A stretch of 64,000 nucleotides of DNA from Bryobacterales bacterium (GCA_963422375.2 OY729428.2:1952001-2016000); one strand, 5' to 3'. Shown: positions 31,264-41,781, counted from the first letter of the stretch. Translations and numbers: made by a program. Notes: generated by a model not told the origin, from the letters alone.

Positions 31264-31626
31264 GTGAGCGGGCGAGTCTGGGCTCGAGTGCGTCCTGCGA
31301 TCCTCTGGGAATACCGGCGCGGGTCGTGGCAGTACGACATCATCGTAGCGCTCATACTGGCGGTCATTTTCCTGATCCCGCGAAGCTGGTTCAATGATCG
31401 TCCCAGCGCGCCCGTGTTCCACGAGGTCGGGCGCGCGGACGAAACCACCCGGGTGTTCTGGATCGATCCCGGCGCTCTGGACCGGGCGAATCCGGAATCG
31501 GCCGAGTCGCGCATGAAGGACCTGCTGCGAACCTACGCGGGGGAGGACCTGCAGATCGTCCGTGCCGAGCCGGCCCGTGATCAGGCCGGCAACGTCCGCG
31601 CCTACGTGGTGTACGCACGGAAATGA
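31264..31626 (+). CDS. Hypothetical single-TM membrane protein
   Basis: WEYRRGSWQYDIIVALILAVIFLIPRSWF; overlaps next gene by ATGA. Confidence 0.75.
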   Translation: MSGRVWARVRPAILWEYRRGSWQYDIIVALILAVIFLIPRSWFNDRPSAPVFHEVGRADETTRVFWIDPGALDRANPESAESRMKDLLRTYAGEDLQIVRAEPARDQAGNVRAYVVYARK

Positions 31627-32384
31627 GTCGGGAGCCGCGCTACCGGTCACATCGCAAGCACGTCGGGCGCCCGGCTCTTGGCAGTCGCGCCCGGGCGACA
31701 CGGGGTCCTGCGCTGCTGGCAGCCATTCTCCTAGGGCTGGCAGCGGTACCCGCCGCCGCCGCCACTCTCGCGGAAATCCTAGCGGGCATGGACGCGGCGT
31801 CCGCCGGCTGGAACGGGATGCGCGCCCGGGTGCGCTGGATCAGCTACATGGCGCTGGTCGACGACCGGAACGTCGAGTCGGGCACGGTCGCCGTCAGGCG
31901 CGCCAAGTCCGGCCAGATTTCGATGCTGCTGGCGTTCCGCGAGCCGAGCACCTATTTCCTCTCGATTCGGGGCGCGAAGGTGGAGCGGTACAAGCCGCGG
32001 ACCGGGATCGTCGAGGAATTCGACCTCAGCGAGTCCCGGGACAAGCTCGAGAACGCCCTGATGATCGGCTTCGGAACGTCGGGCAGCTACCTGGGCAAGC
32101 ACTACGAGATCGCCTTGGGTGGCGAGGAAGACGTGGCCGGGGAGAAGGCGTTCAAGCTGGACCTGAACCCGCGGAATCCCGGGGGGGACCTCAACAACCA
32201 GCGCCTCTGGATGTGGGTGTCACCGGAGCACTGGCAGCCCGTCCAAGTCCAGATCTTCGACCGGCACTCCAAGGACTACAGGCTGTACTCGTACACGCGA
32301 ATCGAGATCAACCCGTCGTTCAAGTCGGACGAGTTCAGGCTGCGGCTCGCCCGGGGCACGCGCAGGGTCTATCCGCAGCGCTAG
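31623..32384 (+). CDS. LolA-like outer-membrane lipoprotein carrier/sorting protein
   Basis: Signal peptide, ILAGMD, G.E.VAGE.AFKLDLNP, W.PVQ.Q, IEINPS...F; LolA-fold pattern. Confidence 0.7.
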   Translation: MSREPRYRSHRKHVGRPALGSRARATRGPALLAAILLGLAAVPAAAATLAEILAGMDAASAGWNGMRARVRWISYMALVDDRNVESGTVAVRRAKSGQISMLLAFREPSTYFLSIRGAKVERYKPRTGIVEEFDLSESRDKLENALMIGFGTSGSYLGKHYEIALGGEEDVAGEKAFKLDLNPRNPGGDLNNQRLWMWVSPEHWQPVQVQIFDRHSKDYRLYSYTRIEINPSFKSDEFRLRLARGTRRVYPQR

Positions 32385-34756
32385 GGCCGGACCGTGACAC
32401 CGGCTTGGACCGGATCGACGTCGTACCGGGTGGTGCCCTCGTCCGAGAGCAGCGACCGCGCCCGGATTTCGGCTTGGTATCCGCCTGCCTTCGCGTCCGG
32501 CTCGGCTGTGCAACCTAGCTCGTAGGCTGTCTCGGCGCCGTCCAGCTCCGCTGCGTCGCAGCGAATCCCCGGGGGCAGGTCAACAGCGCTGACCGTGACG
32601 GCCCGCCGGAACTCGGGGTCGCGCCAGATCGATCCGGCCCAAACGCCTTCCCCGCCCGCCGCGACCACGAGCGGGCCGCCGGGCTCCTCGAGCCCGTATC
32701 CGTCGACGACCTCGATTTCGAGCGGCTGGGACAGGATTGCCTGTTCGCGCCCGTCCGCCGACACAGTTGCGCTGAGGTTGAAGTTCACCATGCCGAGCGA
32801 GGTCCTCTCGTGCGTGAACATCCGGAACTCGCCCGACTCCGGCGCGTCGTCGCCGACCCGTCGCAGGCGCAGGCTGCCGGTGTTGCGTGGGATCTCGACC
32901 TTTTTCTTGACCTGCACCCCGGGGCGGCGCACATGGTAGGCCCACCTGGCGACAAGGCCGCTGCCGCCCCGGACCAGCCGCTGTCGTCGCGGCGTGAGGA
33001 ACTCAAGGTACGCGGGCTGCTCGGGATTGACGCGGGCGGGCAGATCGTAGCCGAGCCATTCGGCCGTCACCGCGGCCTGACTAACGCCCTTGACAGCCGC
33101 TCGCAGGCCGGGGCCGGTCGCGCGCCTGTCGAGGCCTTCGTGCCCCTCGCCGGCGGCCCGGCCTCTGACGACTAGGTCGATTCGCCGCAACTCGGCCCCC
33201 GCCTTCGCGCTGAGCGTCAGCCTTCCCGACTCGAACCGGGGCAGGGTATTCCCCAGCGTCGACCGGGGCGCGATGTGCCCGCCGGAAACCTCGATGTCGT
33301 CGGGAGTACTCTCGAGGTAGAGCTCAATCGGACCCTCGTATCCCCGGCGCTCGGCCGTCACTGTGACAACGGCGGATCCCCCGCGCGGGATATTGACGAA
33401 CGGTTCGTTCAGGGAGAGCAGGAAATCCGGATTCATCTTCCGTGCCGCGAGCCGGTAGGCGAAGGCGCGGCCGCCTCGCCCGAGCAGGTCCTCGACCGCC
33501 ACCGTTATCTCGTTCACGTCCGGGGGCACGGTCAGGTTCACGAAGGGATAGGTGGCGGTCTCGCCGGTGGAAGTGATCACGTACGGGTTCGGGTCGCCGG
33601 CGTGCTCGCCCGCTATGGCGAGCGTCTGCTCCTCGCTCGAAATCGTCATGACGCCGTACAGGGCGGAACTAGGCAGTTCTCCGGATCTGAGCTCGAAGGC
33701 CCACCGCTCGCCGCTTGCGACGGCGATCCTGTAGCGGTCAGACTCGCCGGGGGCCGCTATGCGCCCGTTCATGACGACTCCCTCGCGCAGTACCCCGGCA
33801 CTGTCCGCTTCGAGAGCCTCCTCGCCGTCTCCGAGAAGGAATGGCACGGTTGACGGCGTCCCCGGTACCGGGACCCAGGTCATGCCCCCATGCCCGGACA
33901 GCTGCCCGAGGTCGACCTCGCCGCTCAGGCTGCCGCTCAGGCTGCCGCCGGAAAACTCCACCAAGACTTTCGCGCCGCGTGTCCAGCCGAGGGGAAACAC
34001 GTTCTCGGCGAAACCGTACTCGCCGATCGTCAGCCGGTAGAAGTCGTGGTCTTGGGTGCTGAAGCGCTCGTCGCGCACCGCGATGAAGTACTCGCTGTCG
34101 TCGGGCACCTTGAACGCCAGCCGCGAGTCTAGCCCCAAGCCGGGCGCGTCGCCGCTGCGGGCCACGACGAGTCCCGATGCGTCGAGCAGCTCGAGGTTCG
34201 GGTCGATGGCCGACCCGGCCCGGCGCGCTGCCACTTCCACGGTAAGGCGCTGGCCCTCCCGCGCCTCGATCCGAAACATGTCCCGCTCGGGACCTTGGAG
34301 CCGCCCCTCGACCGTGACGGGCACGTCAACAGGCTGGGCGGTCTCGGGGAGGTCGTTTGCCGCAGCGTCACTCTCGGATTCCGGGTCCGACTCGAGTTCC
34401 GTGACCTGCGGGAACTCGTGGACCGTGAAGAGCAGCGCGTTCGAAATCCCTTCGGAAGTCTCGACCCGCACGGGGTAGGCCCCGGGACGGGCGCCCCTCC
34501 GGACCTCCAGCAAGTACGTGAGCTTTCTGGGCGGCATCTGCCCGGCAGCCGAGGGTCCGCTCAGGGGCGTCGCGACGACGGGTGCTTGGCTGAGGAGACG
34601 GGGATCCGGGCCCAGGCGCTTGCCGCTCAACACGATCCTGACCGCGGTGCCCGTGCGGCCTCCGCGAGGATGCAGCTGCTCAAGTACGGGCTGGGCGAGG
34701 AGGGGCGTGCAGACGCAGAACGCAACGATCCAGCGTAGCGGGTGAATGAGATTCAT
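32381..34756 (-). CDS. PPC (pre-peptidase C-terminal) domain secreted protein, Planctomycete/Acidobacteria type
   Basis: P.L..L.PRGGRTGT...G, V.E.E...NDLPETAQ, VEGRL...ERDMF, MNGRIAAPGESDRY, DLLGRGG..FAYRL. Confidence 0.8.
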   Translation of the reverse strand: MNLIHPLRWIVAFCVCTPLLAQPVLEQLHPRGGRTGTAVRIVLSGKRLGPDPRLLSQAPVVATPLSGPSAAGQMPPRKLTYLLEVRRGARPGAYPVRVETSEGISNALLFTVHEFPQVTELESDPESESDAAANDLPETAQPVDVPVTVEGRLQGPERDMFRIEAREGQRLTVEVAARRAGSAIDPNLELLDASGLVVARSGDAPGLGLDSRLAFKVPDDSEYFIAVRDERFSTQDHDFYRLTIGEYGFAENVFPLGWTRGAKVLVEFSGGSLSGSLSGEVDLGQLSGHGGMTWVPVPGTPSTVPFLLGDGEEALEADSAGVLREGVVMNGRIAAPGESDRYRIAVASGERWAFELRSGELPSSALYGVMTISSEEQTLAIAGEHAGDPNPYVITSTGETATYPFVNLTVPPDVNEITVAVEDLLGRGGRAFAYRLAARKMNPDFLLSLNEPFVNIPRGGSAVVTVTAERRGYEGPIELYLESTPDDIEVSGGHIAPRSTLGNTLPRFESGRLTLSAKAGAELRRIDLVVRGRAAGEGHEGLDRRATGPGLRAAVKGVSQAAVTAEWLGYDLPARVNPEQPAYLEFLTPRRQRLVRGGSGLVARWAYHVRRPGVQVKKKVEIPRNTGSLRLRRVGDDAPESGEFRMFTHERTSLGMVNFNLSATVSADGREQAILSQPLEIEVVDGYGLEEPGGPLVVAAGGEGVWAGSIWRDPEFRRAVTVSAVDLPPGIRCDAAELDGAETAYELGCTAEPDAKAGGYQAEIRARSLLSDEGTTRYDVDPVQAGVTVRP

Positions 34757-34876
34757 GGAGGCCTCTGACGGCGGCCCCAATGGCGCGCCTTCAACGGGCC
34801 GCCCACGAAGGATAGCACCTCGCGCCCGTCGCCGGGCCGGTCAGCCAGGCAGGCCTGCGCCTGTATGCTGGTTCGC

Positions 34877-36265
34877 ATGAGGACTGGAATCTGCATCGGA
34901 TGCTTCGTCGCGACCGCGCTTGCCGCCGCGGAGCCGGACTGGCCCCGGGCCAAGCGGGAGGCACTGGAGACGCTCGTCGAACTAGTGCGGCTCGAGACGG
35001 CCCAGCCGGCTGGCAACGAGATCCTCGCCGCCCGCTACCTGAAGGGCCTGCTCGACCGGGAGGGCATCCCGTCCCGGATCTACGAGGCCCAGGCCGGGCG
35101 CGCGAGCGTCGTCGCCCGGGTCGAGGGGAACGGAAGCAAGGAGCCGCTGCTGTTGCTGGGCCACTTGGACGTCGTTGCCGTCGAGCGAGACGAATGGTCG
35201 TTCGACCCCTTTGGCGGGGAGATCAAAGACGGCATCCTGTTCGCGCGCGGGGCCTCCGACGACAAGGGCGTCGTGGCAGGCTCGCTGCAGGTCCTGCTGG
35301 AGCTGCAGCGGCAGCGCCCCGCCCTGGATCGGGACGTGATCTTTCTGGGAGTCGCGGATGAAGAGGCCGGCGGGAAGCTCGGAATCGATTTCATGCTGGG
35401 CGAGCACAGGGACAGCATCGACGCGGAGTTCGCGATCAACGAGGCGGGGAAGGGCGTGTTCGACCGCAGTCTCCGGTACATCCGGTTCGAGGTGCAGACG
35501 GCGGAGAAGACCCCCACCCGGGTCGACCTGAGAGCCGTCGGCACGTCGGGGCACGGCTCGATTCCCCTTAGGGACAACCCCGTGGGCGCCTTGGCCCGGG
35601 CGGTCGCGAGACTGTTCGACCACCAGATGCCGCCCCGGCTGAACGAGACGACCCGCGAGTACTTCCGGCGCTTGGCCGAGATATCCGAGCCCGGGAAGGC
35701 GGAGGTCTTCCGGGCCGTGCTTGGCGACAACCCGGCCCCCGAGGCATTCGAGCGCCTGTTCGAACTGTCCCCGGTCTATAACTCGATGGTGCGCACGTCG
35801 ATCGTGCCGACCATCATCCAAGGGGGCTATCTCAAGAACGTCATCCCCTCGGAGGCCAGGGCTACCGTGGACATCAGGGCCCTTCCAGGCGTCGATCCGG
35901 AGAAGCTCTACACCCTCCTGAAGCGGGTGATGGCGGAACCCGCGGTCGATCTCGTGCCTCACGGCGTGACGCGGACCCCGCACGCGCCTTCCCCGCTGTC
36001 CAGCGCGGCCTTCGCGGCGTTCGAGGCCGCCTTGGAGCGGCTCTATCCGGGAGTGCCGGTCCTTCCGACCATGTCGACCGGCGCGACGGACTCGGCCCAG
36101 CTGCGCGCGGCAGGCATCGAGGCTTACGGCTTCGGCCCAGCCCGGCCCGAGTGGGACCTAGCGAGCGGCATCCACGGCAAGGACGAGTATCTCTACGTTA
36201 AGCCGTTCCAAGACTATGTCGAGATTCTGTGGAATGTGGTGCTCGGGATCGCGGGTGCCGAATAG
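34877..36265 (+). CDS. M20/M25/M40 family metallopeptidase, exported
   Basis: LLLGHLDVV, RGASDDKG, ADEEAGG, GHGS, GATDS, HGKDE. Confidence 0.92.
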   Translation: MRTGICIGCFVATALAAAEPDWPRAKREALETLVELVRLETAQPAGNEILAARYLKGLLDREGIPSRIYEAQAGRASVVARVEGNGSKEPLLLLGHLDVVAVERDEWSFDPFGGEIKDGILFARGASDDKGVVAGSLQVLLELQRQRPALDRDVIFLGVADEEAGGKLGIDFMLGEHRDSIDAEFAINEAGKGVFDRSLRYIRFEVQTAEKTPTRVDLRAVGTSGHGSIPLRDNPVGALARAVARLFDHQMPPRLNETTREYFRRLAEISEPGKAEVFRAVLGDNPAPEAFERLFELSPVYNSMVRTSIVPTIIQGGYLKNVIPSEARATVDIRALPGVDPEKLYTLLKRVMAEPAVDLVPHGVTRTPHAPSPLSSAAFAAFEAALERLYPGVPVLPTMSTGATDSAQLRAAGIEAYGFGPARPEWDLASGIHGKDEYLYVKPFQDYVEILWNVVLGIAGAE

Positions 36266-36268
36266 CCC

Positions 36269-37273
36269 CTACTGATGGGAACCCTCCGGACCGCGCACGC
36301 GGGCCAGCACCTCTTGCGCGAGGGCCCGGATGAACAGCGGGCTCTCGTTGATAGCGCGCATGGTCTCGAATTGCCGGATGCCGCAGGCGCTCGCGATTTC
36401 ACGTGCCTCGATATCGATCTCGATCAACGTCTCAAAGTGGTCCGAGACGTATGAGATCGGCACGACAAGGACTGATTCGACGCTCGCGCGCGCCAGGGCC
36501 CGGATGGTCTCCTGCAGGCTCGGGCGAAGACACCTCTGCGGGCCGACTCCGTTCTGGTAGCACAGCGTATGCCCTTGGTTCGAGGGCAGTCTTTGGCTCA
36601 CCAGGCGCACGGTCTCCTCGATCTCCGTCCGATAGGGGTCGCCCTCGAACACGAGCTTTCTTGGCAGTCCGTGAGCGCTAAAGACGATGTGGGGAAAGTC
36701 GCGGCTCGGGAACCGTCGCAACGACTCGCCGATGCGGGCGGCCACGGCGTCGATGTACGCCGGAGACGAGTAGTACGACTCGATCCGATCAGTCGGCAGG
36801 GCGACGCCCCTCGCGCTACAGCGCAAGGTCCATTCCCTGAGGGAGCTGCCGGTTGTTGCGAGCGAGAACTGGGGATAGAGCGGGAGCAGGAGAACCCGCC
36901 CGCAACGCGCCGATTCAACCGCCTCGATCGCGTCCTCGGTCGAGGGCGATCCGTGGCGCGTCGCCACTACCACCCGGCAGGGGAGGATGGTGCAGAGTTG
37001 CGCTTCGAGCAGCTTCGCTTGGAGTAGGGGGATCTCCCGTACGGGCGACTGCCCCCCGATCGTTTCGTACTGCGTGCGGATTGATCGCGCCCGCCACGCC
37101 GAGAAATTTCGGGCCAGCCAATTCCGCATCGGCTCGGGGACGGAGAGGCTGAAGATGGTCGGGTCCAGGAGTCTCCTCTCAAGGAACGGCTGGATGTCTT
37201 CGGCCGACCGCGGACCGCCGAATTCCAGCAGCACGACACCCAGCGGGTGCCTGCTGTCGGAGACTTCCGCCAC
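36269..37273 (-). CDS. hemH: Ferrochelatase (divergent)
   Basis: GGP, YETIGGQSP, LLPLYPQFS..TTGSS, FSAHGLP, GDPY, SDHFETLIEID; start uncertain. Confidence 0.88.
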   Translation of the reverse strand: MAEVSDSRHPLGVVLLEFGGPRSAEDIQPFLERRLLDPTIFSLSVPEPMRNWLARNFSAWRARSIRTQYETIGGQSPVREIPLLQAKLLEAQLCTILPCRVVVATRHGSPSTEDAIEAVESARCGRVLLLPLYPQFSLATTGSSLREWTLRCSARGVALPTDRIESYYSSPAYIDAVAARIGESLRRFPSRDFPHIVFSAHGLPRKLVFEGDPYRTEIEETVRLVSQRLPSNQGHTLCYQNGVGPQRCLRPSLQETIRALARASVESVLVVPISYVSDHFETLIEIDIEAREIASACGIRQFETMRAINESPLFIRALAQEVLARVRGPEGSHQ

Positions 37274-37400
37274 CTGCCGGGGCGGAGGCCTTCGCTCCAC
37301 TTCGGTTGCCTGTCGCAACGCGGGATAGCGAGGAGCGATCTCGCTCCATGCCGACCTTCGCGCCCGCCCGGGCGACGTTTCAAATCCGCGGTTGGTCACA

Positions 37401-38753
37401 TCAGATCTCGCCCAGGTGGTCCAGGGTGCCAGTCCCGTCACCGAGGGAATCAGTTCGCACGCCGAGCCGGTCGAGGAGCGACAGGTACAGGTTGTTCATG
37501 GGCGTCTCGGCCGCGTATCGGACGTGCCGGCCCGGATGAAGCGTACCTCTCCCGCTCCCCGCCAGCAGCACCGGGAGGTCGTGGTGCGTGTGGCGGTTGC
37601 CATCACCAATCCCGGAGCCGTAGACGACCATGACGTTGTCGAGGAGGCGGGCGTCGCCGTCTTCGACGGCATCGAGCTTGTCGAGGAAGTAGGCGAACTG
37701 CTCGACATGGTGAGTGTTCACCTTCGCGATGTCCTCGATCTTCGATGGATCGCCCCGATGGTGCGTCATGCCGTGGTGGGCCCGGCTGACGTCGATGGCG
37801 GGGTAGGTCAGGTTGCTGCCCTCCCGTCCCATCATGAACGTCGCGACTCGCGTCGTGTTGGATCGGAATGCCAGCGCCATCAGGTCGAACATCAGGCGGG
37901 CATGAGCCGAGTAGCCCGCCGGGATGCCTTGTGGGCGTGCCATCGAGGGCCTCGGCGCGTCTCCGTTCGAGGCGCCTGCTGCGATGCGACGTTCCACGTC
38001 GCGGACGCTCGTGAAGTACTCGTCCAGCTTCTGACGGTCGGTCGGCCCGACGGAGTGCAGAAGGCGGGAAGCATCCCCTAGCACGTAGTCCAGAACGCTG
38101 CGCCGACGCAGCTGGCTCCGCTCCCGCGTCGCCGGGTCGAGGGGAGCCTCGACGTCCCCGAACATCCGGTCGAACACTAGGCTGGGATCGATCTCCGGCG
38201 GATTCGGGGCCTTTTCACCTCGCCACGAGATGCTGTTGGAGTAAGCGCAGCTGTAGCCCGAGTCACAGTTGCCGGCCAAGCGACCCGGCTCGATGCCCAG
38301 TTCCATCGAGGCGTACCGCGTCTCGGACCCGATCGCGTTGGCCGCTACCTGGTCAACCGAGATGCCGAGCTTGATGTCCGCCCCGGCGGTCTTCTTCGGA
38401 TGGATGCCCGTAAGGAAGCTCGAGGCCGCCCGGGCGTGGTCGCCGGCACCGTCTCCCAAGGCCCGGCCGGTGTTGTGCGTCAGGCCGGTGAGGACGAGCA
38501 GGTCCTGGCGGCGCGCTTCCAACGGTTTCAGGATGCGCGGGAGCCCGAAGGCGTTTCCCTCGGCGTCGGGCGTCCAATGCTCCTGGATCACGCCGTTCGG
38601 TACGTAGACGAACGCCAAGCGCGTCGGCGAATCCGCTGCCAGCTTCCGCGACGCACCGAAGGCCGGCCTCATCGCGTCCAAGTAGGGCAGGGAAACCGCC
38701 GCACCCGCCCCTCGTAGTACGGTGCGTCGATTCAGGCACTTCCTCCAAGCCAT
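37401..38753 (-). CDS. DUF1552 domain protein (Tat-like signal)
   Basis: LNRRTVLRGAGAAVSLPYLDAM, YVPNG, ISVDQ, CDSGYSCAYSNSISW, HH..HH, GSGIGDGNRHTHHDLP. Confidence 0.92.
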   Translation of the reverse strand: MAWRKCLNRRTVLRGAGAAVSLPYLDAMRPAFGASRKLAADSPTRLAFVYVPNGVIQEHWTPDAEGNAFGLPRILKPLEARRQDLLVLTGLTHNTGRALGDGAGDHARAASSFLTGIHPKKTAGADIKLGISVDQVAANAIGSETRYASMELGIEPGRLAGNCDSGYSCAYSNSISWRGEKAPNPPEIDPSLVFDRMFGDVEAPLDPATRERSQLRRRSVLDYVLGDASRLLHSVGPTDRQKLDEYFTSVRDVERRIAAGASNGDAPRPSMARPQGIPAGYSAHARLMFDLMALAFRSNTTRVATFMMGREGSNLTYPAIDVSRAHHGMTHHRGDPSKIEDIAKVNTHHVEQFAYFLDKLDAVEDGDARLLDNVMVVYGSGIGDGNRHTHHDLPVLLAGSGRGTLHPGRHVRYAAETPMNNLYLSLLDRLGVRTDSLGDGTGTLDHLGEI

Positions 38754-38920
38754 GATTTTTCCAACGCCCAACGCAGAGTGTAGCATATAAGCGCAAGGCC
38801 GGCTGCCGGGATTTCTCGGGAGGATTCCTTCGGCCCGCCGCCGTTCCGGTTGCTACCAATGACCGGCTCGGCTGCCGTGCATCCGAGCAATAAGTCCTTT
38901 ATTTCCCACTATTTGTATCA

Positions 38921-38936
38921 CTTGATCGCGATCAAG
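38921..38936. promoter_or_regulatory. Perfect palindrome containing an FNR/Anr/Dnr-type box TTGAT-N4-ATCAA
   Basis: CTTGATCGCGATCAAG, next to an AT-rich tract (38889-38920), 5' of DUF1552-hemH. Confidence 0.6.
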
Positions 38937-39439
38937 GCATCACTGCCGCTCCAAGGCTTGCGACTCGATTCGGCGCGCATGGCGACCAGATCTCCGTTCC
39001 AGCGGCTCGCGGCCTTTCCGCAAGGACGCCGGCGGGCATCGCAAGCCTCCTTGTGCGGGCTCGCGGGTAGATGAGCCCGTTCTCCAACCATTGGACAGGC
39101 AGGATGTTTTCGAGGCATGTTCGTCCTCCCGACTGACGCGCTCGATGAACGAGCGAGAACCGTCGGAGCAAGTGGCTGGCGCGCGGGTCTTGTTCTTTCG
39201 TGCTCGGGAGGAGGGCGGTCGCCTGCGCGTCAGCCCGGTCATTGCAGTGGCCTGCGGTGCATCGGCCCGTATAAGCCGTGGATAAGGAACCGGCAGTCTC
39301 GGGCAGGTCACCAGGACAGACGAAGGAACGGCAGGCGTCACTTTTCCGGACGGCTTGGCTGGGCGCGCCCACGGTGGCCTTCGCGACGGATTCCGCAGGC
39401 GACAGCAGAACGCAGCCCGCTTGAAACCGCTGGATTCCT

Positions 39440-39880
39440 CGCCCGCCTCGCCCGCGAGCCGGTCGAGGATGTCCCGCAACGAGGACACGCTCTGCCACGG
39501 CTTCACGCGCCCTAGCATTGGCTGGTGCCTCGACGGAATGGTACCGGCTCGCCGCGCCACCGGCACGGTGGCCTGGCGGGTGTCGACCCGCGCATCCGGC
39601 CGCGCTCCGCGCGCGGGCGGATGCGCTCGCAGTGCAGGATCGCCTGCACGCAGTCCAGGCAGTCCAGCTCGTGTGCCCCAGCGGAGTCGGCTCCGCCAAC
39701 GCCGCGTTGCGAAGCTCGAGCACTTCGGATCAGCCGGGGCCCAGCTGTTGCTCGACGAGTTGCCGCGCGATGACAAGGGACGCGGAGGGGATCGCGGGAA
39801 GGTCGCGGACCCGGTCGGAGGACCTTCCCCGTAGCGACGACTACTCAGGCCCGAACCAGCGAATCCAATCTCAAGCCAAG
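39440..39880 (-). pseudogene. Heavily degraded coding remnant, family uncertain
   Basis: Coding-like pieces in three frames (QLVEQQLGPG*SEVLELRN; HELDCLDCVQAILHCE; GRVKPWQSVSSLRDILDRLAGEA). Confidence 0.25.
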
Positions 39881-40166
39881 ACGCGTAGCGCGGAGGCCGT
39901 CTAAGGCACTGCGCCCCGTTGACTACCAAATGGAGGTCAGTCGCCTGACGGCTGGTTGAGATCCCGTGGGCGGTTCACCCTCACCTCGAAAATCGTTCAG
40001 TGAGACAGGGCCTGATTCGATATTAGACATACAGGTTCAACAAATATTTCCAAGCTTCTAAGTGTAGATCAAGAATGGATTATCGGTGCTGTATCCCCAC
40101 CAATTTGTGCAGATATTATCCAATAAATGATAAAAAATCATGCCATATCTAGTGCCAGTTACAAAA

Positions 40167-41781
40167 GGGAATTATATATCTGAGTGCCGAGGGAATCAAG
40201 TCGGAAAATTATCAAGCCATAATAAGATTTCATGTTTCTTCCGAATTTCCGTTGATATTCTGTGGTATTTCTTGGTAGAATAGTTCCAGTATGGGATACC
40301 GTAAATGAAGAAACAAGGTCCCGGGAAGTGGTTCCGTAAAGGCATCACATTGATCGAAGTGATCGCCATGTTCCGCGATGACGAATCCGCGGAAAAGTGG
40401 TTCGCCTCCATGCGCTGGCCGGACGGTCCCGCGTGCCCCCGCTGCCGCGGCTCCAGCGTGCAGTCCGGCGCGGCCCACCCTTCGATGCCGTACCGTTGCC
40501 GCGGCTGCGGCAAGCGCTTTTCCGTGCGCACCGGCAGCGTGACGGCCGACACCAAGCTCGGCTACCGCACCCGGGCCGTCGCCCTGTTCCTGCTGGCCAC
40601 CGGCATCAAGGGCGTCTCGAGCATGAAGCTGCACCGCGACCCGGGCATCAGCCGGAAGTCGGCCCGGCACCTGGCGCACCGCATCCGCGCGTGCCGGGAG
40701 CGGGATCGGGGCCTGTTCGCCGGCCCGGTGGAGGTGGACGAGACCTGCGTCGGCGGCAAGGAGCGCAACAAGCACGAGAGGAAGAAGGCCCGTGCCGGCG
40801 CGGGCCCGTCGGCAAGACCCCGGTGGCGGGGGCGCGGGACCGCGCCACGAACGCAGCGGCCGCGCGGCCGCTGCCGGACACCGCCGAGGGCGACCTGCAG
40901 GGCTTCGTGCGCGCCCGCGTCGCGCCGGGGGTGCAGGTCCGCTCCGACGAGGCGGCGGCCTACGCCGGCATGGCGGAGTTCCCGCACGAAGCCGTCAGGC
41001 ACTCCGGTGCTCCGGCAGCGAGTACGTGCGCGGGGCAGCGCATACGAACGGCATCGAATCGTTTGGGTCCCTGTTCAAGCGCGGCCTGTACGGAACCTAT
41101 CACCGGATGAGCGTCCGTCATCTCGGCCGCTACCTGACGGAGTTCGCGGGACGGCGCAACGACCGCGACTGCGACACGGCGGAACAACGGCGGAACAGAT
41201 GCGGCGCATGGCGCGGGGCTTGGTCGGCCGGACGCTGACCTACCGGCAGCTGACCGGCAAGGCCGCGGTCGCGGCCCGAGCGGCGCCCGCCGCGCCGAGC
41301 GCGGCAGCCCGCTGCAGGCGCGCGCTTCACGCTCGGTGCGCTTCACGCTCGGTGCGCTTCACGCTCGGTGCGCTGCACGCTCGGTGCGCTTCACGCTCGG
41401 TGCGCTGCACGCTCGGTGCGAGGGGCGCACCGGATGCGGAATGCCCCGGCGCGACCCCGGTCCGGCCCGGACCGTCCATGCAGGCCGTCGAGCGCCGGGG
41501 ATCCGCTGTCTTCGGCCCTCGCAGGGCCTGCAAGCGGCTTGCAAGGGGTGCCCTGCCACCGCCAACCGGGTTCCACCGGGGCAACCGGGGCAGGCGAGGC
41601 GGCCTCTCTAGTCCCTTCCTCGTCCAATCCGCTGGCAGGCTCGATTCAGATACGATCCCACACCCCACCCCTCTGTGCCTGCCGCGGCCGCACTCGAATG
41701 ACCCGAGCTCGACACCGACCTCCCTGCTCACAGCAGTTCTCGTCGGACATGGCGTTGTCGGCACTCAGATATATAATTTCC
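40167..41781 (+). mobile_element. IS1595-family element (ISNwi1-type), copy C, complete ends, frameshifted transposase
   Basis: 24-bp TIRs (40167-40190, 41758-41781, 1 mismatch); 8-bp TSD TTACAAAA (40159-40166, 41782-41789); transposase from ATG40305. Confidence 0.95.
41325..41420. repeat. Tandem repeat, 6 x 16 bp CT(T/G)CACGCTCGGTGCG
   Basis: Six contiguous units, no spacers; units 4 and 6 carry G at position 3. Confidence 0.95.

Noticed and set aside
40011..40017. CCTGATT as an extra IS1595 end bounding the AT-rich island
   Set aside because: Only 7 bp match, no TSD, and AT-rich sequence continues past the putative partner end.
41325..41420. CRISPR array
   Set aside because: Units are contiguous 16-mers with no unique spacers, and there are no cas genes in the window.
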